The notes beneath the pieces were generated by a model, which was not told where the DNA came from, searched no databases, and saw only the letters and a program-made list of their open reading frames with translations. 64,000 bases of DNA. Source: Nageia nagi (lineage: Eukaryota > Plantae > Pinophyta). This document shows positions 50,801-61,700 of the stretch, one piece after another; position 1 is the stretch's first letter, and each line of letters opens with the position of its first letter. The stretch spans positions 34,038,001 through 34,102,000 of the forward strand of contig JBITNC010000002.1 in NCBI GenBank assembly GCA_050084985.1, read 5' to 3'. The translations under genes were made by a program, and so were the position numbers.

Positions 50801-53119
50801 ACTAGCCTTAGCCTGTTAGGGAGATGGCATATGAAGTAGCAAAAGTTGAAGGGCAAGGATTTGGAGTTTTTCAAAGGCCAAGAAGAAAATTATATCCCAT
50901 TCGAAAATGGATGGAAACACGATTCTCTCTCTCACCCATGGAACTAGATCACTAAAGCTATAATGCAATATGTTACCATGGAAGGATGCTACTAGATGGT
51001 ATTCGACTACCACTTCATCATGATGTATCATTTTAGAAGAGAAAAGCCATATTGCTGTCCCAACTTCCTGTTTAATTCTGTTGAAAATTCAATTGCATTC
51101 GTACAAGTAGGCAAAGTGTCCACCCCTTTGCACTAAGACCTATTAATTGTCCTTTACTGTTTTGCAATTCGTTCAGTTCTGGTTGTCAATCCATCCCCTA
51201 CTCCTCCAAAACCCCACTCTGCTTCCCAGCATTTCGAGAGAGGTTTGGCTAGAAAAAGCCTCAAACCCAAAAAATGAAAAAAGTGAAAATCTCCTTCCTT
51301 GTCATTGACATTCCCGACAATAAGCCTCTGAGCAAATTCATCATCAGGTGCAATAAGAGGTGCAAGACTTTATCTGTACCTCTACCTCTGCCCCCTACAC
51401 TGTTCTCCCCCTCCCTCACCATCCAATCCCACTGCTCCCCGCCACTTTATCCCCATTCCCTCTTTACCCACCAATGCACCTACCCCTTGCAGCCTCCTTC
51501 GATCCCCATTCCCTCCACCCACCTCCGCTCGCCCCCACTCCTCCTTTCCCCTCCCTCCCTAAGCCCTCCTCCTTTGCAACCCCCCTCTTGTTGGAAGCTC
51601 CCCCATTTGCTACTCCCAAGACATGCAAACAAAGAAATTCTACAGGACAAAAAAGAAAAAAATAAGGAAAAAGAAAAAAAAGACTTGCTTGTACAAAGCA
51701 CCAAATGCCATTCCATAGATCAAAAATGAAGAGATAAAGATCACAACTCTGGAAGCCATAATGAGAGGAGAAGCACTCCAAGAATACCTGATCACCAGCT
51801 TCAGATCTGACTACACATCGGACTGACTCTACCTCTCTATGCTACTTTGTCTACTCTTCTCTATGTTTCTTTTTGTTACATACATGTGGGACTATTCTAG
51901 TAGATCACAGAAATTTGATAACCAAATATTTGTAAAAATAGGTTTTGGGATTCTGTTAAAAAAAAACCATTTTATCTATAAAAAGACCATGATTAACTGT
52001 GAAATCACTGGTATAAACCATGCAGTGGTTCTTTTATGTGGAACAAAACATAGAAGGTGGGTGTGGCTTTCTTGCGATCCAAAAAAGCTGGTCAAAAGAG
52101 GATATCTTGTCATAAGAAAAAAAACTGCTCCCATTCAATGCAGGATGGAACTGTGTGTGAAACCTCAACATCTGGGAATGGATTTTCGGCGTGATGGACC
52201 ACTGAGGCAACAGTCAGAAAAGGGGTCTGGTTTGAAAAACAGTGAGAATGCGGACATGAGTAACACGATTTTGGTGAAAAACATGATCGCCTGCCAGTTC
52301 CAGGATTTACGAGTTTTGTGAATTTTTCAATGATTCTACTTTTAAGATGATTTGGGGAAATATATCAAACAATTGCCTAATCTCGGGAGTTGCACATCTT
52401 TGTTTCTTATCTATTACTGATTGTACATTTTTCAAGGTTAAGAGACTCATTAGATTGTCTTCGAACTTGCTTGTCGCAAGGATTGCCTTGCTGCATTCTC
52501 TTCACTAAAAACTTGTTTATGGTTTCATTGTCCACTTATCATTTAAAAACAGCCTCAAGCATCGGAGTTGGCATCAATGAAATTCAAGTAAGCGCCATGA
52601 TGATCCAGACAAGAATTCCTCTTCCCATTATAAAAGCAAGTTCAAATATTATTCTAACTCAGAAGTTAGAAATTGCATTTATTCAACTTGCTACAGAAAT
52701 AAATAAATTTTGAACATACCTTGCCAACCAAAACCTCATTTGTGAAAGGTCCATACATATCTGCAGTGTCAAAAAATGTTATGCCTTTGTTGAAAGCATG
52801 CTGAATTAAAGCTATACCTTCTTCCTCGGCAACAGGTGGACCATAAAACGCTGAAAGTCCCATACATCCCAAACCAAGCCGAGAAACCTGTTTAAATCGT
52901 AAAATAAATAATTTATTCAAAAACTAGTAAAGGTAGTTTAGAAGCAGATAAATCACTCTTCTAAAACCTGCTCCTCTTAATAAAATAAAAAAGAAGTTTG
53001 AATGGATTTGAAGTTCAAAACCTAGACATTATCATTATCATTTACAATGGATATGAATTAAATTGAGATGTTACCTGGAGTCCTTGAGTGCCTAGCTGAA
53101 TGCGTGGAACAGACACCAT
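17670..53119 (-). CDS. Aldo-keto reductase (AKR13-type, perakine reductase / auxin-induced AKR-like), 7 exons: join(53075..53119, 52720..52887, 40910..41110, 38167..38339, 27268..27366, 17955..18107, 17670..17854); ~341 aa if two 1-bp deletions are corrected
   Basis: Manual splicing gives [15 protein letters not shown]|[10 protein letters not shown]...FFDTADMYG...|...LATKFG...YYQHRVD...|...YIGLSEAS...VQLEWSLW...|[17 protein letters not shown]...|...[14 protein letters not shown]...PIPG|[11 protein letters not shown]...NTPPLKRS*. Catalytic tetrad D/Y/K/H is present and all six introns are GT..AG. Exon lengths sum to 1024 nt, 2 short of 342 codons. Confidence 0.95.
17955..18107 (-). CDS. AKR exon 6, with a 1-bp deletion at ~18040
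   Basis: ggttag|[22 protein letters not shown](fs)[29 protein letters not shown]|gtaaaa; 153 nt where the phases require 154. Confidence 0.92.
21150..21790. repeat. Degenerate AT-rich minisatellite of TGAAATATCAT/TGAATTATCAT-type units
   Basis: Dozens of recurrences of ctgaaattatcat, gaaatatcattttt and gaaaaatatcat. Confidence 0.7.
21845..22199 (+). repeat. Tandem duplication, 177-bp period (2 copies)
   Basis: gtgccttatcactatcaagaattattata at 21845 and 22022; both copies end in cagtatgaaagaac. Confidence 0.93.
22256..22700 (+). repeat. Older tandem duplication, ~225-bp period (2 copies)
   Basis: aaccatatcacaacaaattt...gcttcattaggcttgacatc at 22256 and 22481. Confidence 0.88.
22709..23060. 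mobile_element. hAT-type MITE, 352 bp
   Basis: Imperfect TIRs CAAGGTTCCGCA / TGTGGAATCTTG; perfect 8-bp TSD ATAATTTT at 22701-22708 and 23061-23068; internal gttccc repeats. Confidence 0.9.
23291..24033 (+). repeat. Near-identical tandem duplication, 370-bp period
   Basis: catcaagaaagagcaagcaa at 23291 and 23661; the copies differ only by a few 1-bp indels. Confidence 0.95.
24618..26903 (+). mobile_element. Solo LTR (~2.3 kb, probably Gypsy) in AKR intron 5
   Basis: TGTTG...CAACA termini, higher GC than the flanks, CCTATAAA TATA at ~25274, no pol domains. TSD ambiguous: agtta follows 26903 and also occurs at 24628-24632. Confidence 0.7.
27268..27366 (-). CDS. AKR exon 5, with a 1-bp deletion at ~27312
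   Basis: ctgcag|[18 protein letters not shown](fs)[15 protein letters not shown]|gtaagt; 99 nt where the phases require 100. Confidence 0.92.
28511..32954. repeat. Three tandem copies of a 1481-bp unit (LTR end + MITE + PPT + RT fragment)
   Basis: ctaataatagaataataatacatctattc at 28511, 29992 and 31473; the differences I found are only at homopolymer runs. Confidence 0.97.
28550..29327. mobile_element. hAT-type MITE (778 bp) inserted in the Copia 3' LTR; further copies at 30031-30809 and 31512-32290 arise from the triplication
   Basis: TIRs TAATGTTAGCAAAATCG / CGATTCTGATAACTTTG; 8-bp TSD TTGTGGAG / TTGTGGAA; absent from the 5' LTR (empty site at ~36725-36735); subterminal CCGATT repeats. 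Confidence 0.9.
33299..34632 (+). mobile_element. Solo LTR (1334 bp, Gypsy-like) nested in the Copia RT
   Basis: TGTGACGTCCC...GGATCCTGACA; TSD TGCAT/TGCAC; it splits the Copia RT motif KGY|xQKxxIDFNEI. Internal 47-bp (33481-33595) and 30-bp (33691-33852) tandem repeats. Strand tentative. Confidence 0.9.
37267..37449 (-). mobile_element. tRNA-derived SINE
   Basis: Minus-strand A box TTGCTCAGCGG (37424-37434) and B box GGTTCAAATCC (37382-37392), short A tail; no cloverleaf and no TSD found. Confidence 0.65.
38167..38339 (-). CDS. AKR exon 4 (not in the ORF track)
   Basis: ttcag|[58 protein letters not shown]|gtttgg, 173 nt. Confidence 0.95.
39680..40700 (+). mobile_element. 5'-truncated LINE (ORF2 C-terminal zinc-finger region + 3' UTR) in AKR intron 3
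   Basis: Translation [53 protein letters not shown] matches the non-LTR ORF2 C-terminal pattern (SHxLxIE...RxCxLC...ExExHFxFxCxxY). Confidence 0.7.
40910..41110 (-). CDS. AKR exon 3
   Basis: aacag|[17 protein letters not shown]...[27 protein letters not shown]|gtaagt; contains the catalytic Lys and His. Confidence 0.96.
43298..46079 (+). pseudogene. Helitron RepHel (HUH endonuclease + PIF1 helicase), N-terminally truncated, many stops and frameshifts
   Basis: [17 protein letters not shown] (motif 2), [27 protein letters not shown] (motif 3), [26 protein letters not shown] (Walker A), [25 protein letters not shown] (Walker B), [40 protein letters not shown]. Confidence 0.93.
46312..46543 (+). 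pseudogene. Helitron-borne accessory exon of unknown function (copy B)
   Basis: ctag|...ATG at 46324: MENQKKF(fs)[65 protein letters not shown]; homologous to 16516-16747. Confidence 0.7.
47740..47948 (+). mobile_element. tRNA-derived SINE with A tail and TSD
   Basis: B-box-like GGTCCAAATCT at ~47793, degenerate A box, tail taaaaaaagaaaa, TSD CTCTATATGTC / CTCTATATATC (10/11). Confidence 0.75.
48799..50140 (+). pseudogene. LINE ORF1 (DUF4283-type domain + CX2CX4HX4C knuckle), disrupted
   Basis: S*SSLF...IPDELI...LIAKF...[12 protein letters not shown]...RGPWFF...; a 65-bp internal tandem duplication at 49577-49705; C-terminal GRP...IANG motif. Confidence 0.85.
50597..51830 (+). pseudogene. 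Extra ORF of unknown function inside the LINE, disrupted
   Basis: [16 protein letters not shown]...[27 protein letters not shown]...[34 protein letters not shown]...PNFLFNSV...PLH*DLLIVLY, then DNKPLSKF and Pro-rich and Lys-rich tails. Confidence 0.6.
52720..52887 (-). CDS. AKR exon 2
   Basis: aaacag|[16 protein letters not shown]...[19 protein letters not shown]|gtatgt; contains the catalytic Asp and Tyr. Confidence 0.96.
53075..53119 (-). CDS. AKR exon 1 (coding part)
   Basis: ATG GTG TCT GTT CCA CGC ATT CAG CTA GGC ACT CAA GGA CTC CAG|gtaac = [15 protein letters not shown], the typical plant AKR13 N-terminus. Confidence 0.92.
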
Positions 53120-53160
53120 CCTCTCCCTCTGTATTTAGGAATTCTTCGTGTCTTCTTTCA

Positions 53161-53247
53161 GATTTATAGCACTGTGAATATCCAACAGGGAATTTATAGC
53201 TAATGTTGATGAAGTACAGACGGAGGAAAAAAATCTGATGACGTGGC
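53161..53247 (-). promoter_or_regulatory. AKR proximal promoter: two GCTATAAAT TATA boxes and a TGACGTGGC bZIP (Hex/ABRE-like) site
   Basis: Minus-strand GCTATAAAT at 53162-53170 and 53192-53200, about 45 and 75 bp upstream of the ATG; TGACGTGGC at 53239-53247. Confidence 0.6.
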
Positions 53248-54546
53248 CAAGTTGGAGGAACTTCTGTTTTGTGGATGCAAATTTCATGGTTATGGTTTTT
53301 TGTGGAATATTGAAAATTGGTTATTTATTTATTTATCGGATTAAGTTGTATGATAAAGGTTTACACACACAAAATGTAATGTTGATTATCCTAGGGAGCA
53401 GTTCAATTGGGAGACTAATCTTACTTTCAAAGCCTTATTTTTCATTATAAAATTTTATAATTCTTATATATTATGTATTATCAATGAGCGCTCTTTAATT
53501 TTATATATATATAAAGAAAATGATAATTAATGGTAAATTATTGGAAATCATATTATTATAAAGATTTTTTTAATTGTCACATCAAGATGGGAGGAAGTTA
53601 GAATTAAAGTCCTCATTTAAAAGATAGGAGGACGTCAATTGTCAACATTTATTATTTTGAAATAGCTCAACAAATAGGATTAAACCTCAAATATTCAAGT
53701 GGGAGATGAGTATCTATCAATGTGGAAAGTAAGTTCCACTATAATTTAATGAGAGAATAAAGTAGATGTTATCATTGATGAATAATAATTAGCTATTACA
53801 ATCAAGTGCAATGGGTACACGTAGAAAAATAATTGATTTTTTGCTACAGATAATTTATAATTATTGTGTGAAAAGTATTAATTTTTGTCAACTGTAAACT
53901 TTAGAAATAAGTAGATCATTCCACAAAGCTTTGAAATTTATATTTTTGAATATAATTAAACTCAAGAAAATGATTTTTTTTTTCCATCTTTTATTATTAA
54001 TGTAGTTAGTAATGGACATCCTTGGCCTTCACATCAGCAAGTCATTTCATGTGGAAATCATGCATCACATGATAAGTTTTTCTCATGGATCTCTTGACCA
54101 CCTCCTTTAATTTCGCAAATGTGGAACAAAAAAAAGTTACAGTAATTACAAACTCCTAATATTTATGACATTGATGATCCTAATTGAAGTGGTACCTACA
54201 CTTATTCCTCGACTTCCAAGATTTTCCTGAAATTTGCATTGTATTATGTTCAACAAAGTGAGTAACTTGGACTACTTCAAATCTTAAAAAGCATTGGCTT
54301 CATACCAATTTTACTCCATTCACTTTCTAAAAAGGATAATTCTAATTCCCTTGATGGATTAAATTTTACTAATTACTCAAACACTTTCATTTGACATTAA
54401 TCACTCCATGTAAGAGGATCCATCTTCAAGAAAAGAAAAGAAAAGTGAACTAAGAGATAAGAAAAGTAGATAGGGGAAATAATGGAAGGAAAGTCCAAAG
54501 AGGTGAGTCCAAGGCCAAACATGAAGGTTGTGAGGAAATAAAACTA

Positions 54547-57500
54547 TGTGATATATGAAGGAAAATTTGGGAGCCCAATGAGAGAATTGCACTATAACAT
54601 AAACAATCCTATACTCCCAAGATCACATGAAAGCTCACAATACTCATCTAACAAACTCACAAATAAGACAATCTTACAAAGTGACACAAGATATAAGTGG
54701 TTCCTCCAACTAAGAGTACATCCACTAACTAGATCTTTACTTCAATCACAAATACAACTCTCTTACAATCCTCCTAATCTCAACTCTTATGTTCTATCCT
54801 ATACCATAACTTTACTTCACAATTGGTGTGTAATCATAAAGAGGGAGCCTTCTATTTATAGGCCAAAATCTCTCTTTGGATCAGCCTTTTATCCAATGTA
54901 CAAAAGCATGACATGCACATCCTTTTACCGAAGGGGCATGCTCATGACATGGAGTGTAGACAAGTTACATTATCATACTCACTTAAATACTTAAGGTATC
55001 AAATGATACCTTTAAGTATTAGTGAACTTACTAGAAGATTATTACATAACCTTTACAATAATGTATTATACATTCCAACACTCCCCCTTAATGCAATATT
55101 GGGATAGAGTGAATAAGAGAGAAGAAAAAGAGAAAGTAAGACGAGTTTTCATCCAAACAGATACAATGGAGATGAGAACTTTTTACATATTTATGAAGTA
55201 AGAAAGATCTAGTTTGAGACTCACTACTTTGCCAAATACAATCATTAATCACAATCGATTTCAATGTACATGAAGTAGTCATCCAACTGGAAGTCATGAA
55301 GAGTCTCCAAGAGCCTGCATACCTGAGGTAAGTAACTTACAATTTTAAAGGAACTTGCAAGTCATAAGCAACTCAAATAATAAGATCAGTTAGATGCAAC
55401 ATATTTATATCAACAAGGGTAGATGAATCACATAAATGCCATCATGAATTGATTAATAGTGCACTATAAGTCATCACGAAGATGCCATGCCAAAAACTCA
55501 TAGTCACCTGTTATATATAAAATATGTGTTGATTATCATTACAAAATAGAGGATGCACTACGAGTTTCTCACAAATGGATAATTGAATAGTGCCAAAAGA
55601 CACATAAGAATTCCTCACACATGGATAACTGAAAGTGTTAGATTGGTTAATCTTTTACTTTAAAAATTTGTACAATAAGTTTCTTATGCACAACGAACTT
55701 ACCACGAAGGTGTACAATAAAATCAACACTATATAGCACAAAATCCTTCTAGAGGTGAAGTTATCATCATAAATATGAATTCAACATAAGAATTCAAACT
55801 TCACTCCCCCTTGAAGGCAACTTCACCAACCTGATAACATCCCTAAGCTTATAGAACTGACCTTTTGAGAAGGGCTTGGTGAACAAATCAGCGAAGTTCA
55901 AGGTGGATGGACAATACTCCAAGTGTATGATGCTATTAAGAACCTTCTTCTTGATAAAATGGGTATGGATTTTCACATGTTTTTTTCTCTGATGGAACAC
56001 AGGATTCTTAGCCAAAGAAATAGCCGATTGATTATTTGAAGAAATCAAAGATGAGCCACCTTATCATACCCATTTTTTTTAAAAGATGCTTTAGCTAAAT
56101 GGCTTCTTGGGCTGCAATAGACATGGCACATATTTAGCTTTTGTGATGGAAAGAGAAATAATAGGTTGCTTCTTGGAAGCCCAAGAGATAACAGTTGAAC
56201 CAATGCTAAACACATATGTAGAGGTTGATTTCCTGTCATCTCTATCTCTTCCATAGTTAGAATATGAGAATATAGAGAGAACAAATGAGGGTAACTTAGA
56301 ATACTTGAGAGCAAGATCTTTAGTCCCTACAACATACCTTAAAATTTACTTAACAACATTGAGGTGCTCAACATAAAGTTTTTACATGAATCATGCCATC
56401 AGATTCACTGCAAAGGCTTGGATATAGTCAAGTACAGTAAACTACCAATTAATTACCTGTAAGTTGTAGCATCATCCAACTAAGAGATGGAGCTCAGAGA
56501 AATAGTGATACCAAGAGAGAGTACGATCGTAACATATCTACATTCCTCCATTTCAAACTTCTATAATATGTCTAATATATACTTAGATTAACTAAGATAA
56601 GTGTAATCTTTGTATTGATACACTTGCATTCTAAGATAATAGTGCAAGAGACCAAGATCAATCATTTCAAACATTGCCTTAAGTTTGGATATGCACTCTT
56701 GAATATTTCATCATTATTTTCAGTTATTAGAAGATCATCCACATAAAGGAGAATCAAGACCACATCTTTTCTTTGATTGAGCACATATAGATCAGAGTCA
56801 AAAAAATACTTGAAGGAATCAATGCTTGTAAAATACCTTGAAATCTTCTTGTACTAGGCTCTAGGTGCTTGCTTAAGTCCATATGATGATTTTTTTAGCT
56901 TGCACACAAAGGATTCTTTACCTTCCACAATGAACCCTTCTAGCTGATTCATGAAGATTTTCACATCTAATTCACCATTAAGAAATGCACTCTTGATGTT
57001 AAGTTGAAAATTTTCCATCTTTGAGTTACAAAAAGAGTAAGGATAATTCTTACTGTAGGCATCTTTACATGGGAGTAAAGGTTTTCTCATAATCTACACC
57101 ATACTTCTGAGCAAAACCTTTGGCTACTAAACTTGCCTTGTATTTCTCAATTCTTCAACTGAATTGAACTTGACCTTGTAGATCTACTTATTGCCAATCA
57201 CATTCTTCTTATTGGATAAGGAACCAAGTCCCAAGTTTTATTTTTCATAAGTGCCTCATACTCCACTTTCATGGCTTCCATCCAACACTCGTGCTTTGAA
57301 TCTTCTTTGAAGGTTGAGGGCTCATGCTTATTGTCAATCTTGGTAAATAAGGATTTGTTCAAGGTCATGCTCTTTGTTACCCTTATGTTAGAGAATTTTG
57401 TTCAGAAAAGACTTTTTTACATCAATATCTAACTAATTAGATGCAACTGAAGAATATTCTGGATCATCAATATCCTCTTTAGAAATAAATTCTTCAGGAA

Positions 57501-58695
57501 GTTCATTGAACTTTACATCCTTTAAAATAAACATGACTTTGTAGGATGGAGAGTAGAGCCTATAACCTCTATGCTAATTATCATAACCCATAAAGATATA
57601 TTTTTTAGCTCTTTTATCTAGCTTCTTTTTTTTCTTAAAAATAATGTAGGAGAATGCTTCACAACCAAACAACCTAAGGTGAAAAATGTTATATTTTCTT
57701 CTTGAACATGTCTCAAAAGGAGTTTTACTCTAAATGAATTTTATGGTACACCTATTCAAGGTGTAAATAGTAGTGCTCATAGCTTCACCCCATAAGAAAC
57801 TAGGAAGATTACCCAACATGCATCTAGCCATCTTGATAATTATTCTATTTTTCCTTTCGGTAACACCATTATGTTGAGGAGTGTAAGGAATCGTAAACTA
57901 CCTCTTGATTCCATACTTAGCACTAAAGTCATTGAACTCATTACTGTTATATTCTCCTCCATTTTTGATCTCAACATATTGATTTTAAAGTTAGTTTGAT
58001 TCTCAACAAAGGCCTTAAAAATCTTAAAACTCTCAAAGGTTTGATCTTTGTGCTCAAGTAGATACCCAAAGGTCATCCTACTAAAGTTATAATGAAAGTC
58101 AAGACGTAAGATGCTCCTCCAAGTGATTTAGTTTGAATTGGACCCATCAAGTCTGAATGCATAAGTTAAAAAGGTTGAGATACTCTTGTTTCTTTATCTT
58201 TTTTAAATTTTTATCTATGCATCTTGCCAAGAATGCACTTCTGCACATAGACCAACCTAAAAGAGAAATTGAAGGCAAATCTTTCATAAGTTTTTGGTCT
58301 TTCATGACTTGAATACTCTTATGGTTAAGGTGCCCTAAATGATGGTGCCAAAATTACCTCTAAAACACACACTAGAAGTAAGACATATCTTTGATGGAAC
58401 TTGATCTATGATGTAGAGGTTATCTTTCATTGATCCTTTAACCAAAGTGGTAAGTTCTTTCTTAATGCATTAGAATTGAGAGTCAAATTCAAAAGAGTAC
58501 CCTTTTCTAGCAACTTGGATTATGAAGATAAGGTTCATTCTTAACTTAAGAACATAGAGCACATTGTCAAGAACCTTCTTGTGAATCAACATACTCCAAT
58601 TCTTTGGACTGCAAGGGTAGAGTTATCATCTATCACAACTGCATCTTTTCTATACTTGTGAAAGTTTTCAAACTTTTCTTTTTCAAAGCATAGGT
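54547..58695 (-). mobile_element. Ty1/Copia element, 5'-truncated: GAG-pre/INT/RT/RH, ~0.7 kb 3' UTR and 3' LTR (~54547-55080)
   Basis: WHHHLGHLN, HSDLMGP, KDQTFESFKIFKAFVENQ, NIKSAFLNGEL, YGLKQAPRA, YVDDL, NPVFHQRKKHV, ADLFTKPF; PPT-like ctccccct at 55081 adjoining the LTR end CAACA (55080). About 1.4 kb upstream of the AKR ATG; outer LTR boundary approximate. Confidence 0.92.
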
Positions 58696-58756
58696 GGTTA
58701 GTGCAACTAGAGTCAACAATCTATTTAGACAAAAAAGAGCGAGACAAGGAGTAGAG

Positions 58757-61700
58757 CACTACAACAAAACCAGCATGAATATTTTTCTTTCCTTTGAAGT
58801 TCTTTATATTTCCATTACCTTTATTATTTTCCTCTCTTTTCTTTTTGTAGCAATCAACTTTTTTATGACCTTGGATGCCATAATAGTTACAATATCATCA
58901 TTTTAGACCAAGATGATATGATTAAATCATTTTATATCATATTTTGATCCATTTGGATCATTTTATATCATATGGTGCACTTAATCATGAATATATTTGG
59001 TACATTTGGATCAATTTATATCATATGGTGAACTTTATTATGAACATGCCTTTATCTTTCATCATTTTCATATATATAAACGGTGATTGGTTAAGTCCAT
59101 TGGGTTATCCTTTGGTATCCCATAATCAACATCATAATTTGGCTCACTTTGATTGAGCTTGGATGCCAAAATACACATAAACCTTGAATTGGATGCATGG
59201 ATGTGTCTATTTGGTACTTTGTAAATTGAATGTTGTGGTTTTGAATATTTAGATAGATATGTATGCAAAGTGTGGAACAATATTTGGCCCATAGACATGT
59301 ATACAAAATATATTCTCTAGAAGGTATAGACATTCATCAAAGAGTAGTTGAAAATGATTTTGCCTTGAATATTATGGTTACGACTACCTTGATAGATATG
59401 TATGTAAAACATGAAACAATACAAAAGGCTTGATACTTATTTCATAAGATGCATGATGTGATATGAAATGATACTTTATTATAATGTTTCATCATGTAGC
59501 CAATTTTATAATTGATAATTGCATCTTCTTAAAAGTCTCTACAAGTATTTTATTTTGTGCATGTCCTGCAATCATAAGATTAATCATTATACATGCCTTG
59601 TTGACCTTCTTGGCCATGTAGGCTATCTTGAGTAAGATTTGAACTTCATTATCAAAATACCCATAAACCTTGAATTAGGTGTATGCACATATCTACTTCG
59701 TTCTTATAAATCAAATGTTATGGTTCGTGCAAGCTATCTTGAGGGATCCTTGAACTTCATTACCAAAATACCCATAAACCCTAAATTGGGTGTGTGCATG
59801 TATCTACTTGGTGCTTGTTACAAATCAAATGTTACGATTAGAGAAGGCTATCTTAAGGATGCTTTTAACTTCATTTCTAAAATACACATAAACCCTAAAT
59901 TGGGTGTGTAGATGTGTCTACCTGATGCTCATAAATTGAATGTTATAGTTTGTATAGGCTATGTGAACTTTGAACTTCATTACCAAAATACCCATAAAAC
60001 CTAAATTGGGTGTGGATGTGTCTGCATGGTGCTTATAAATTGAATTTTATGGGTTTGTTTGATAACATATATAACAAAAATAAAATTTCATAATCTACAA
60101 TGATTGCATGATACACAAAATGGGTTTTCTAAAAAAGCCCATAAATACATGAAATATGTAGAAGAATAAAATAAGACCTAAGATTTATTTGACATGATGC
60201 ATGATGAAAACACATGTTTATAGCCTACAATGATTGCATGATACATAAAATGGATTTTTTGAAAAAGCCCATATACATATGAAACATGTGGAAGAATACA
60301 CAAGACTCGAGATATGTTTGATAAAATGCATGATACAAACATAGTTTCATGGTCTGTAATAGTTGTAGGATTCATGAGTTTTCTAAAAGAATGTAGAAAA
60401 ATTCAAAGAATAAACATATATTAGAGAATATAGAAGAATACAAGCTCAGGAACTATGAAAGAATACTGCAAGGTCATGGAATAAAATACCTACTTATACC
60501 TCATCTCCTCTCGTCTTGTCTCGCCAATACACTAACCCCTAAGTTCCAAAATACTCATAAACCTTGAATTTGTTATGTGGTTGTGTTAGATGAAAATAAT
60601 GGAATATGTTATGAGCTCCTTCATTGCATGACATGTATCAAAATGTTTTTACAAATAAATTATGACATGTGATAAGGGTTGATAAACATGCTTGTAATAC
60701 TTAACCAAAACCATAAAAAATATGTGGTATCCATGTGGTTCAAAATAGCAATATTTAAGGGAATCCTTGTTGTAGCCATGAATTGAATTTCCAACCATTA
60801 CAATCCATGAGACTGTGTCTCCATCATGCATCATCCATATTTTCCATTCATGTCTATCAGGTTTTATGTTCCATTTCATTTTTATCAAAAAATCCTACTT
60901 GGGTGTGTGGATGTGTCTACTTGGTGCTTGTTAATTGAAATATTATGGTAACAATATTGTAGAGCATATTTGAATAATTTCATATCATATGGTATAGTAT
61001 CATCATTTCAGACCAATATGGTGTAATTAGATCATTTCATGTGTCTTATGTTAATGCATTTGGATCATTTTATATCATATGGTGCACTTGATCATGAGCA
61101 TATGTTGGTGTATTTGGATCATTTTATATTATATGGTGCACTTGATTATGAACATGTCTTTATCTTTCATCATTTGCATATATATAAAGGATGACTGGTC
61201 AGTTCCATTGGATCATCCTTAAGTAGCCCATGGAAAGCATAATAATTTGACTCACTTTGATTGAAATCGGGTGCCAAAATACCCATAAACCATGAATTGG
61301 GTATGTGTATGTGTCTATTTGGTACTTTTAAAATTAAATGTTATGGTTTTGAATACCTGGATAGACATGTATGAAAAGTGTGGAACAATACTCAAGGCCT
61401 ATAAACATGTATGCAAAATATGATCTTTAGAAGAAGGTATGGACATTTATCAAAGAGTAGTTGAAAATGGTTTTTCTTGAATATTATGGTTATGACTATC
61501 CTGATAGACATATATGCAAAATATGAAATAATACATAAGGCTCGATATTTATTTCACAAGATGCATAATGTGATATTTAAACTTGGTGCTTGTAAATTGA
61601 AATATTATGGTAATAGTATTGTAGAGCATGTTTGAATTGATTGAGCAATAATTGAAACTATAGAGCATATTTGAATCATTTGAGCATAATTCATGATGTT

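Larger units (their letters stand above)
48690..51966 (+). mobile_element. L1-type LINE derivative: ORF1 (DUF4283-type + zinc knuckle), ORF2 deleted after ~12 codons, additional downstream ORF, poly(A)
   Basis: Pyrimidine-rich 5' UTR; ORF1 from ATG 48799 with RGPWFF..LYLRKW, FW, RLLVARF and [14 protein letters not shown]; ORF2 start [12 protein letters not shown] at 50163 (the MxxxSWNxRGL endonuclease motif); decayed third ORF from 50597; A9 run at 51958-51966. Both ends approximate, no TSD found. Confidence 0.8.

Noticed and set aside
51274-51781. Pro-rich 151-aa ORF and overlapping Gly-rich antisense ORFs as an extensin-like gene
   Set aside because: Low-complexity C-rich tail of the decayed LINE-associated ORF; no signal peptide or gene structure.
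51839-52713. 160-aa and 107-aa plus-strand ORFs in AKR intron 2
   Set aside because: No domain similarity or coding-like composition; antisense intronic sequence.
53207-53222. as-1/ocs element (TGATG...AGACG)
   Set aside because: Both half-sites are mismatched and spaced 11 bp apart rather than the canonical 12.
54548-54994. 148-aa ORF upstream of AKR
   Set aside because: Lies wholly within the Copia LTR on the antisense strand; no domain.
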